Assembly: GCA_043228905.1 (NCBI GenBank)
Contig: JBHGNT010000014.1
Span: 12,834,001 to 12,898,000 of the forward strand
Reading direction: 5' to 3'
Source: Azolla caroliniana
Taxonomy: Eukaryota > Plantae > Polypodiophyta
Length of the DNA stretch: 64,000 nt
Below the pieces are notes generated by a model that was not told the DNA's origin, ran no database searches, and worked only from the letters and a program-made list of their open reading frames with translations. A program made the position numbers and the translations under genes. Positions 20,601 to 31,249 of the stretch are shown here, one piece after another. Position 1 is the stretch's first letter, and every line of letters starts with the position of its first letter.

Positions 20601-22900
20601 CTCCGGTGAGAATGCGAAAGCCTTCCCGTGCCTCCCGAGAATTCTCTGAAACCGGTCCTCTTCCGCCGGCAGTAGAAAGCCACCCCCGCCGACCTTGAGC
20701 TCACGTAGCGTTATGTCGGTGAACCTGTGTCCTATGCTGGCCGGATCTCGTAAACTTGGGTCTGACGTGACCCCCTTTAGCCGTAACTCGCTGCCCTCCG
20801 GCAAGGGTGCCTTGACTGGCCTCACCTTCCGGTCCACAGTCTTGTACTTTGTATCCACTCGGGCCGTCGGATCCGACTCGAGTACATTACTGAAGTCGGC
20901 GATGACTTCGTACATCTTTTCCGAACCTACCGGAATCGTCCGGTCCTCATTAAGGCCTTCTCCGAACACCTCCCATAACTTCCCTAAGGTGTCATCGAAA
21001 GAGACCGCCTCCATGGCTCCGTTGATTTCCTCTTCAGGGCCGACGACTCCGCATGCCCGAAGTCGCTCCTCCGCCCGCTTCTTTTCCCAGCCAACTACGC
21101 TGTCGTAGTGTATTTCGTACACTACGTGAAAAATCCAAAACCTCGGCGGTTCCCACCCGACTCACGCAAACGATCCGGAGCCGAAAGGCACGCCACAGTT
21201 GGTGAACCCGACGTGAAGGCGGGTGGCAAGGAGATGGAGAATCAACAAGAGGCAATGAGTATAACAATGATGATGATGTTCGAGCGGATGCTACAAGAAC
21301 AACGAGTGATGTCGGAGATCACGAGGGCAGTAAAGCGGCTCGTACAACGAAACGGACAATTCAACGGAAACGATGTGTCACGCTATCTACGTGACTACAA
21401 GGCGGAGATGATACGATGTGGGATACCGGAAGGATTGCAAGTGACATCCTTCAATCGGGTGGCCACGGACGAACTACAAGAGAGAATCCACAAGATACAA
21501 CAACAAAACTCGACATGGGCGTCCTTTGAAGAAGCTTTACGGGAGGCATATGACTATGAGAGATGGACGGGACGAGATCGACGAGAATTCGACGAATGGG
21601 TGGCATCGGAGAAGACCCACCGAAGTGCAACACAAGCATTCCTAGAGTTCGAGCATCGTTTTGCTCGACTCTCGGAGCGAGAACAACGATTGGTGGGAGA
21701 GGATAAAGTCCTAATGTTCGTAAAATCGATCGATCGAAAAGAAAGGATGGACATCGGGATCGAACTCGAAGACGATGAAGGTACAAATGGTCTTACTGAA
21801 GATTGGGCCAAAGTCCAAAGGGTATGCCGGAGACATGATGAGAGAAAGATGAGAATCTTGTCAACGACATGGCTGATGAAGGATGGTCGATTGAAGACAA
21901 ACGATGGAGCCGATATGAAGGCCGAAATACAACATGATGGTGCGACGGAAGAGGGTGTAAAACAAGCTACCCTCTTGTCTTGCGAAAGAACAACGACAAA
22001 GGATAAGGCCGATAACCCAAGTGTAGAAGAAGATTTCAGAATACAAGTGTCCGAAACATCGGGTGAAAAAGGGGTAAGCATAATTGATGTTTGCATAATT
22101 GATGCAGTGAAAGAGAGCAAAGAGGACTTGATTGAGGAGGTCGCCACGAAAGATGACATCGAATCGAAGGTGGCTATGGACGAATCAACGACGGATGGCC
22201 ATATCGAGACTTCCCCACCACTGATTCTAGAGACTCCGGCGGTTGCGTTCGAAAGGCAACGTGAGACCGAAGAGACGGAAGGTGGCGGAGAGAAAACAAA
22301 GGTCGAAGTCGATGCATACGACGGAGAGATAGCCGAGAATATGGCTATGGGTGAAACAATGGAGGATGATAATACCGAGGATTCCTACCCACTAATTCTA
22401 GAGACTTCGGCGGTTGTGTCCGAGAACCAACGTGAGACCGGAGAGACGGGAGGTGGCAGCAAGAAAGGTAAAGTCGGAAGCCGGTTCGGATGGAAGGTGA
22501 TCCGGACGGGATTCCGATCCGAAATAAAGCCGAACCGGGTAAAAGAGGATTCGGCCGAAAGACGAACCGAAAGAAAGCCGAACCGGGTGAAAGAGGATTC
22601 GACTGAAAGACAACCCGAAAGAAAGCCGACCCGAAAAGGGGTCGACTCGGTCAAAACCGATCGACCGAGTCTGACTTGGCCGAATACGAATCCGATTGGA
22701 AGCCGATCAAACCGAAAGTTGATCGGACGAAAACGATCCGGAGCCGAAAGGCACGACAACGCTTGTTATCGTACAACCTCCGCTATCGGAGAACCAAAAT
22801 TTCCTACCTATGGTACATGTCTTTTTGCCTATAGTACATCTGTGGGGTTTTTCCGGGGTGTCCGGACTATCGCGACCCCACGCCTTGATAGCCCTCTCTA
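17700..22900 (-). pseudogene. pol: pol of element B, with stops/frameshifts and interrupted by element C
   Basis: Fragments at 20244-21096, 19908-20231, 18996-19391, 18252-18932 and 17901-18185 collinear with Pol of A. Confidence 0.9.
21101..22758 (+). mobile_element. Element C: non-autonomous capsid-only element with 95-bp 5' mini-LTR and only a 28-bp U5 end at the 3' side
   Basis: Ends TGTCGT/ACGACA; Trp PBS 21200-21216; perfect 4-bp TSD ACGC (21097-21100, 22759-22762). Confidence 0.9.
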
Positions 22901-22901
22901 A
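21234..22901 (+). CDS. gag: Gag capsid-like domain plus acidic/repetitive tail (element C); no stop inside the element, so it reads into host DNA
   Basis: MFERMLQEQR...FNGNDVSRYLRDYKAEM nearly identical to Gag of A; no CCHC or protease. Confidence 0.75.
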   Translation: MENQQEAMSITMMMMFERMLQEQRVMSEITRAVKRLVQRNGQFNGNDVSRYLRDYKAEMIRCGIPEGLQVTSFNRVATDELQERIHKIQQQNSTWASFEEALREAYDYERWTGRDRREFDEWVASEKTHRSATQAFLEFEHRFARLSEREQRLVGEDKVLMFVKSIDRKERMDIGIELEDDEGTNGLTEDWAKVQRVCRRHDERKMRILSTTWLMKDGRLKTNDGADMKAEIQHDGATEEGVKQATLLSCERTTTKDKADNPSVEEDFRIQVSETSGEKGVSIIDVCIIDAVKESKEDLIEEVATKDDIESKVAMDESTTDGHIETSPPLILETPAVAFERQRETEETEGGGEKTKVEVDAYDGEIAENMAMGETMEDDNTEDSYPLILETSAVVSENQRETGETGGGSKKGKVGSRFGWKVIRTGFRSEIKPNRVKEDSAERRTERKPNRVKEDSTERQPERKPTRKGVDSVKTDRPSLTWPNTNPIGSRSNRKLIGRKRSGAERHDNACYRTTSAIGEPKFPTYGTCLFAYSTSVGFFRGVRTIATPRLDSPL

Positions 22902-25024
22902 AAATCCTCTCGGTTTTCGCCACCGAGGGTCTCGCGGTTATGCTCATGGTCTGGTCGCACCGTCAAGAACTGGACCGAGTGACGCCCGTACTGGCTCTTG
23001 ATCCGTGCATATGCTGAACCGTTTTCCAACACCTTTGTCTCCATCTGTGCCGTCGTGATGTACGGTTCCCTGAGTATAATCGGATGCGAGGACGTCTCCT
23101 GCACGAAGAAGTGCTGATCGATCTCGACATTGCCGATTTTCCCTCGTACATTCAGGCAGGCTCCATGCAGCTCTTCCGTGGCGCGCGTTGCTGCCCGTAT
23201 TTTCCACCCGGGCTTGGTGTTGATCGGCCACTTCCCCTTCTTGTAGAAGTCCATGGACATCAAGTTGATTTCTGAACTGTGGTCAACCAACGCCACCACC
23301 GGATCCTGAACATCTCCGATCCTAACGGGGGTCTCTGTGGTTGCTCTGGCCCAATGTGGCCTTGAGTAGTGGCTCTCCGCCAACTCGTCTTCTAGAGCCA
23401 TGTCTTCTAGGTGCGTCATTCGTACCTCCACCGGCTTCTTCGGCTCTGGCTTTGTTGAAAGCCTTTTCCGCTTCACCAAGTCCACGATGGAGTCGTGGAA
23501 CTCCTTCTTGGCGATCCCGAGCACTTCCCTCAGTAACAACTCCACTTTGTTGTCGAGGATACGTTCCTCGAGGACATTTCGCAGGTCCGTGGTCCTCTCT
23601 ATCTCTGTGCTCAATCGGTACCCGGCCCTCTTGGCTTTATCCGATGCGCCAGTCGCACCGGCATCATTCTGCTTTTGCCCGAACCGGGTCTCATACCGTT
23701 GTGAGGGTCCGGCCCCTCCGGTCTTATCCGCATGCTTGTCCTCCACCAGAGCCTCGTACTTTTGGCAAGTGGCTTCAACGAAGCCCGTCTTCTCTTCGAT
23801 CGGGTCACTCCACCCGGTTGCCTCCCGAACCCGTCTTTCCGCGTGGTCCGCTTCCACTTTCCTCAGTCGTACGCCGACGAGGCCTTCTAGCACCAACGGC
23901 CAGAATCCGGCTTCCTTCGTCTTCCGGACTTCATCACTTCCGACCCAGATTCCATCCGACGCCGAGTAGTGGACGGTGTCCGCGTGGCAAGCCGCCGTTT
24001 CTTCCATAAGCCGTTTCATACCCCCTCGCCCAACATTCAGATCCAGGGCCCTTCGGGTCTCGCTAGCATGCACTCGATCGTTCCATAGGTACACCACGTT
24101 AGCTCTTATCGCTTCGGCGAAGTCCCCGCAGTCCTTACGGGCGTGGCCGACCACATCGCACCACAAGCACCGGTTCCCAGCCGGAGGCCTCCGGTCACGA
24201 ACTTGTTCGCTACCATCCCTTCGTGCTTGTGCAATCTGGAGGTCCCTCATCATCTGAGTCAACTCCTCTAGAGCCACTCCTCCGGACGAGCCTTTGACCA
24301 TGCGGGTCGAAGTCGAGCTGGTCTGGAGCCAGTCTCGGGTCTCTTCCCTTCGCGCCGGTGGGGGTACCTCGACCTTCCTTGTCGCAACAAAACCCGCCCC
24401 CATCAAGCCTTTATCGACCCACTCACGTCGTTTGTCAAAACAGCCGTAGACTCTCTTTACCACGGCCCAATCGGTTGTTAGGCCGTCATTAGTCTCCAGC
24501 AGGAAGCCCACTTGCTCCCGGTCCCTTATATCCACCGATTTAACGAACAATAGGACACGACTTGTGTCCAATACGGTTCGGTCCAACACCAAAAGACGCG
24601 CGAAGCGTTCTTCAAATTCCCGAAGGAGCACATACGCGTTTCTCCCCTTCTCGGGGGTCTCCACCCATTCCATGAAGTCTCGCTTCGATAGCCAAAGCGC
24701 TTCATCAAGCCAGTATTTTTCAAGGAGCCGATCTTCAAATTCTTCCCAGGTCCGACTCTCAACCTGTACCTCAAGCACCTCCGCATGGATGCCCGGCATC
24801 GCCACCCGAGGGAATCCGGCCAGTCGCCTGTCCTCCGGGATTTCCCTCATCACCATTTCGGTTCGGTAAGCCTCCAAATAGCTCGTGGCGTCCTTCCCAC
24901 CGAACCAGCCTACCGTGCCGACAACTACTTCAATAGCCCTATCGACGGCGCCTGTGCCTTTGCGCGCACTCACTATCCGATCCACAACCGAAGCCATAGC
25001 TTCTGCAAGATCCGACCCTCTCAT
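22898..25024 (-). CDS. gag: Gag-protease polyprotein of element B
   Basis: CLWCDVVGHARKDC knuckle, ALVDHSSEINLM protease-like motif, ends REDF* at a G_GAT_TTT site. Confidence 0.9.
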   Translation of the reverse strand: MRGSDLAEAMASVVDRIVSARKGTGAVDRAIEVVVGTVGWFGGKDATSYLEAYRTEMVMREIPEDRRLAGFPRVAMPGIHAEVLEVQVESRTWEEFEDRLLEKYWLDEALWLSKRDFMEWVETPEKGRNAYVLLREFEERFARLLVLDRTVLDTSRVLLFVKSVDIRDREQVGFLLETNDGLTTDWAVVKRVYGCFDKRREWVDKGLMGAGFVATRKVEVPPPARREETRDWLQTSSTSTRMVKGSSGGVALEELTQMMRDLQIAQARRDGSEQVRDRRPPAGNRCLWCDVVGHARKDCGDFAEAIRANVVYLWNDRVHASETRRALDLNVGRGGMKRLMEETAACHADTVHYSASDGIWVGSDEVRKTKEAGFWPLVLEGLVGVRLRKVEADHAERRVREATGWSDPIEEKTGFVEATCQKYEALVEDKHADKTGGAGPSQRYETRFGQKQNDAGATGASDKAKRAGYRLSTEIERTTDLRNVLEERILDNKVELLLREVLGIAKKEFHDSIVDLVKRKRLSTKPEPKKPVEVRMTHLEDMALEDELAESHYSRPHWARATTETPVRIGDVQDPVVALVDHSSEINLMSMDFYKKGKWPINTKPGWKIRAATRATEELHGACLNVRGKIGNVEIDQHFFVQETSSHPIILREPYITTAQMETKVLENGSAYARIKSQYGRHSVQFLTVRPDHEHNRETLGGENREDF

Positions 25025-25068
25025 CTTTCTGTTCCTCTGCCGCCTGTTGACGTCAGGTTCACCAAATA

Positions 25069-25736
25069 TGTCGCGTTGTTACGCGTGTGTGTGGAGAACG
25101 AGGTGGGACTACGGGGTCCTTGAACCAAGAAATAACCGAATGAGAAGAGGGGAAGGAAACTACCAATGTACTCCGCACGCGCACAGACACACAGATTCAC
25201 AGGAGTTGCAACTAACTCCGAACAATGGAGATAGAATGAATGTATGCGTATATATAAATCAAGGGGGTTACAACCGGCAAGCCGGCGAGTGATAGGCTCC
25301 GACGCCTGCACACACACACACAGAATGCGAGATGGAGACTCTGCCGAAAGCACTCGGGCGTACCGCGGAGCAGAGTCAGCCTCCGGAAACCTGCACAAAA
25401 CGACTACGGAGAAGACAGAGGAGAAGAGCTCAGTTCCAGTTCGGCAACATTTCGTCCTCCACAAAAACACGATATCTTTCTTTACAATACCTCTCTCTCT
25501 CTTTTATAGCCTAAGGAGAGAGGCCATTACCACCCGTTACATCATGTTTATTCCCTATCCTTTCGGACAAGGATACGCCTCGATTTTCTCCCTAATGAAT
25601 GCGTGCTACCTAGGATTTCACCTCAGCCGACTGGTACCTATCTACGTACTATACAACAAAACTTGTGCCCACATGTAAGGGCCGGTTTACGCACGTTATA
25701 CCCGGTTTCCGCCTAGGGACAGTTTTCTCCATGACA
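25069..25736 (-). repeat. 5' LTR of element B (668 bp)
   Basis: TGTCAT...GCGACA termini, next to Trp PBS. Confidence 0.92.
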
Positions 25737-25869
25737 ACGGTCCATCACACGCCAGGTAGAGGAACGCGCATGGCAGAAACCTCGCCTCAGTGACCTCAGT
25801 GATACCTGTCGGGACCACAAAGACGATTTCTCGCTCCCCAAATACCTCGGCGACAAGCGGAAGCGTGCT

Positions 25870-28800
25870 CACCACATAAGCATTGTGGTCTTTCCCTGCC
25901 CGCCGTAGCGTCCAACATGGCCTTCTCTTATCCCTGCTTCAACGGCGAAACCGACGCTGCAACCCACATTCGGCTGTTCTTGAATGTCTGGAATGCAAAT
26001 CACATGGCATAGAAACTTTCCAAAGAAGTAGCGTACCATTCCAAAATGACAGAGTTCGGATTAACCCTGCATGGGAGAGCGGCATTTTGGCATTCGCAGA
26101 TGGATCTACCAACAATCACAACCTTCGACCAGCTGCAGTCGGCCTTTTTGCATTTCTTTCATCGGAGGGTGCCGCAACGTGAAATCCTCGGGAAGTTTTA
26201 TACAATTAAACAGTTGCCAACCGAGATTGTAGCGGATTTTAGTTTACGCTTCCAAAATCTACGACGAAAATTAGAACGGGGCCCGATAGTGGACGAGGCT
26301 CGGGAAACATTTCTGGCAGCTTTACGACGACCGATACGGATGACGCTCAACAACAATAGCGTGAAAGGAGAAACGATCGATATGGTCATAGAATGAGCAC
26401 TACAACTTGAGCTGGATGAAGAAGAGGAAAGGTTTTCCATGTCCTCATTACGGCAAGCGTTACCTCAGGACGAGGAACGACATTTTCGCTAGGCAATCCA
26501 GTGCACAATTTGCTTAAATTCTACGCATTCTGCAGTCGAATGCAACATGTGAATCCACTGCCCAATCTGTCACTCGAAAGCTCACACAGTCGAGCAGTGT
26601 GAGTACAATATGTTGAACAGATCCACACCCACAGTGCGAAACATGGAAACACAATGCCCCCCTCGCCGTAATCAGCAAAGGCGCCAAGAAGAACGACCCC
26701 GGTATACGGATCGGACGCGATGACCTGCACTACCGGAATCGCCGGAATAACAACGATTCCGAAGAAGAAGAGTCAGAGGATGAAGACTACCGAGCCAACC
26801 ACAGATATAATAAAGAAGGACGACGCTACGAGAATTACCATCCGACGAACAAATGGGACGGCTTCAATGGGCCTCGCGGGAAACATCGCCAGTATCGGAA
26901 CCAACAGCGGTACGATGAAAGTTCAGGCGATGACCGACACGAGGAACCGCACCGGGGACCAACAAAAACCACCACGTACGCTCAGAAGAATGAATCAGGA
27001 CCAGGAGGAGCAAGTCACACTCGGGGATCAGCACGCACCACCAGTTGCCGAGAAAGGCGAATCTAGCGTCCATTGTTTTGTTTGCCAACAGCCAGGACAT
27101 TATGCCACACAATGTCTACTACGCAATGGCAAGTGGCCCGCCGTCAATACGATTATGGCGGAAGTCCAGCAAGTCACGACACGACAACAAACAAAAAATG
27201 CTATTTGGGCCGCACAAGATGAGATACGTCTGATGGCCCAAGCATGGGTAGAAAAAGCGAATGTGACAAATACGGAACGCATGCGGAAGGAGTCCCCGAA
27301 CATTGTGGAGCCTTCGGAGGAAGATGTAATATCTCCAAATCCCTTATGGCAAGCACTGGTAGGTTGCGAGATAACATTGACCATGGAGAAGCTACTTCAA
27401 CTAGTCCCACGGTTCTGCCAGCCCATGGAGGATCGCATAATGGGCAAACCTGGGGTAGGCGTCTCCGCCAATTTTACGGACATCAGCGCCGGACCATCAG
27501 TGGTGGATCACCACAATCCGGCTATTAAGTTGATATTACACGGTCAGGAAATCACAGGATGCGTAATCGACGGCGGCTCTGACGTCAATGTAATTAGCGC
27601 GAAGACATGTGAACAATTGGGAATTTCTAAATGGGAAGCTTGCCCGTTTTGGCTTCGCATGGTGGATACCCGCTCCGTACGGCCTTTAGGCTTAATATGC
27701 AAGTTAGGCATAATCGTTGGAGGACATCGCTTCAACGTCTCGGCGGTGGTCCTCGTCCTCGATGCCCCAGGATCATATCCTATGCTGCTTGGTAGATTGT
27801 GGCTTTGTTCAACGAATATCAAACAGAGCTGGCAACATAAGTGCATCAGCTTTCGACGCGGACGCACCAAGGTTCGCATACCAACAGAGGAAATGGCGGC
27901 ACAACCGAAGGGCATCACAACATTATACGTAGAAGACATAAATATGATGGCTGGGATGTATACTTAGACGAGCACCCCCGGATCATTCCGCTATTCGAAA
28001 TCGGCGCCATAGAAGCCGCGACGGAATATGCCACGCCCACGGTGCTCCACGACGAGGCTTACGAACCAGAACCGGAGTCAATATTAGAACTAAGCAGAGC
28101 ACGGGCAACGTTCGAGAGGGAAATGGAAATTTCACAACGAGTCACTGCCTCAGCCCTAGAAGAAGTAAACGTGGGTACGACATCAGAACCCCGATTCCTC
28201 TCCATCACAAAAGAATTACTACCGGATCAGAGAGACGCGATGGTAGCACTACTTAGGAAGTATAAAGATGTGTTCGCCTGGTGCCACGAGGACATGAAGG
28301 GGTTGGATCCGAAGTTCTATCAACATAAGATCAATTTAGCGACCGATGCGAAACCGGTCCAGGAGCGTCAATACCACATGAACCCAAACTACGCGGCTCG
28401 CGTAAAAGAAGAAATTGACAAACTCCTCAAGGCCATTTTACTAGTCAAACAAGCTACATGGTTAAGCCCGATAGTAGTCGTCCCAAAGAAAAATGGCAAA
28501 ATACGTGTATGCGTGGACTACCGGAAATTGAACGTCGTAACCATTACCGATGCATTCCCTTTACCGTTCACTGACAGCATACTGGACGTTGTCGCAAGGC
28601 ATGACATTACAGCTTTTTAGATGGCTTCAGTGGGTACAATCAAGTACACATGCACCCCAACGACCAAGAGAAGACGATGTTTGTCACGGACTGGGGTGTC
28701 TATGTCGCAGTCATCATGATGTTCAGGCTAATGACGGCGCTGGCTACATTTCAACGGACAATCACAGAGATTTTTGGGGAATATATACCGGCCTTCACGC

Positions 28801-30870
28801 AGGTTTTTTTAGACTATTTTGCGGTATATGGGACAACAACCGACCATTTTTCGCATCTACAGCTTTGCTTGGAGCGTTGCTGAACCGCGCGCTTAAGCCT
28901 GAATCCTGCCAAATGCGCCTTCGGCGTTACCAACGAGGCTCTCCTCAGCCACATAGTTAGTAAGGAAGGGATAGTGGTCGATCCGAACAAAATCTCCGCG
29001 ATTACTCACGCGACAACACTGACAAACGCGAAAGCACTCAGCCGGTTTCTAGGACAAATACGATGGCACAGTCGGATGATACGCTATTTGGCGGACTTCG
29101 CCACGCCATTACATGTCGCCGTTCATCGTACTCCTTTCAATTGGACATCAAAGGAAGAGAAGGCATATGATGCGCTAAAGATAATGCTAACACAGGCACC
29201 TATTGTACAGCCACCAGTTTGGGCAAAACCATTCGACGTGTTCATAGATGCCTCAGACATAGCAATAGGTAGTGCGCTAATGCAGCTCACGGAGCCGAAT
29301 TGGTACCAACCAATGTACTACGCTAGTCGGAAACTATCAATGGTTGAGAGTAACTATTCCACAATGGAATGAGAAGCGTTGGGTATGATATACAACATCA
29401 ATAAGTTCCGGCATTATCTGCTAGGGCGGAAATTCACGTTTCACGTGGATCATTCAACATTGCAATATTTGGTAGGGAAACATGCGCTGACGGGGAAATT
29501 GGCTAGATGGATGTTGTTGCTTCAAGAATTCGACTTTGTAATTCAACACCGACCGGGTACGCAACACGTGGTGGCAGATTTCTTGAGCAGACTAGATAAT
29601 GGAGAAACGACGCAAAAGGATGACGACGACTTTCCGGATGCAGACATTTTGCGTGTAGCAACTCTAGCAGAACGAATGGAAAAGACTTTTCCGGATCGGT
29701 GGCTGATGGAAATGGCCTACTTCCTGACCACGGGGTTACCGCCACCCCAATTACGGACAGATGAGAAAAAACGGATGGCCGTACGGAGTCAAAATTTCTG
29801 TTTAGTAGAAGACATCCTATACCACAAAGGCAGTGACGGCATCTAGAGGGCTGAATACGGTAGGATGAGAAGGCCGTAGTTCTACGCGAAGCCCACTGTG
29901 ATATGGCGGGACGACATTACGCGGGCAATGTTACGGCCCGAAAAATCTGGCAAGCGGGACTTTGGTGGCCGACTATGCAAAAGGATGCGTATGAATATTG
30001 CAAACAATGCGATTTATGTCAACGACTGGGCCAGGCCACAGATGTCGCGAGAATGCCACACCAACTAGTGTTGCCATTGGATCCTTTCCAAAAGTGGGGG
30101 CTAGATTTTGTGGGACCCTTTACCCCGGCGGCCGCTTGAACAGGCAATAAGTATATCCTGATGGCCACGGATTACTGTACCAAGTGGGTAGAAGTGAAAC
30201 CACTACGCGAGAATACCGCGGCAGTCATGGCGAAATTCCTTTACGAACACATTTGGTGTCATTTCGGTTGCCCTATCGAGCTCATTAGTGACCAAGGGAG
30301 TCACTTTCTGAATACGGTCATTAGCGAACTGACCCAACATTACGTTGTGGTTCACAAAAAAAGTACGTCGTATTACCCACAGGAAAATGGCTTGGTAGAA
30401 TCCACGAACACAACCCTACAAACTATCCTCAAAAAGATAGTCAATGAGAACAGAACGGATTGGGATACCAAATTGCATAGCGCGTTATGGGCATACCGTA
30501 CCAGCTATAAGACTAGCATACAATGAACGCCTTTCAGGCTAGCATTTGGGCTAGAGGCCGTGATGCCAGTCGAATTCCAGGTACCCAGTCTACGGATTCA
30601 AGTACGAGCCCGGCTGCCAAAGGGCAAATCTAAGCAAATATGGCTACAACAACTGTTGGAGCTAGGCGAAACACAGTTACGCAGTATGGCCATATTGGAG
30701 CAGGAACAACAGAAGCGCAAAGCATTCGTGGACTGACACCGACATGCGCGGGAAAAAGATTTTACGGTTGGGAAAGCGGTATTAGTTTTCCAAGCAGGGT
30801 ACGTTGGACAGGCCCGTACTGGATAGTGGGAGTGGAATAGGGTACGTTTCAACTTGGCACGTTGGCCGGA
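25870..30870 (+). pseudogene. pol: gag-PR-RT-RNaseH-IN of Athila/Tat-like element, multiple stops and frameshifts
   Basis: CFVCQQPGHYATQC, CVIDGGS, VCVDYRKLN, DASDIAIG, KWGLDFVGPF, ISDQGSHF; collinear with ORF 60023. Confidence 0.92.
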
Positions 30871-31249
30871 TAGGACAAAGCCGGGAAATCTGCGGTAAAT
30901 ATTGTATGTAACCGTTACGAAAAAAAAAAGAAAAAAAGAAAAAAAGAGAAGATAGCCACGCTATTAAAAGGACTTAATGCATGCACAAACTTCTAGGCCA
31001 AGAACATGCGGCATCACGATGGCTCGCCGACCAATGACCCCTAGGCCACAAAAAGAAGGAAATAGAAGGTTTTCTGCACAGTACAGAAACCAACCTTCTA
31101 ACTCTCATCGCTCTCATTGCTCTCATCACTCCCCTCCCTCACCCTCTTCTCCATCCTATAACAGAGCTCAAGTTCGCCATAGCCAATAGACCTGACCCAT
31201 TAACTACGAGCCTAACCATCCGACTATCCCGATACCTATTTCTGCCACC

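Larger units (their letters stand above)
10009..25736 (-). mobile_element. Element B: tRNA-Trp-primed Ty3/gypsy (gag-PR intact, pol disrupted); hosts A and C
   Basis: 5' LTR 25736-25069, PBS TGGTGAACCTGACGT (25064-25050), PPT AGGTGGGGGCGGA next to 17677, 3' LTR 17677-17264 plus 10016-10009; perfect 4-bp TSD ACGG (10005-10008, 25737-25740). Confidence 0.92.

Noticed and set aside
21108-21233. N-terminal extension (and 22759-22901 C-terminal part) of the 597-aa ORF
   Set aside because: Reads through LTR/PBS from a GTG and ends in antisense host sequence; not genuine coding extensions
10756-25024. Both Gag ORFs listed as 708 aa (and 708-bp LTRs in E)
   Set aside because: Coincidence; ORF of A is inflated by an upstream GTG in the LTR
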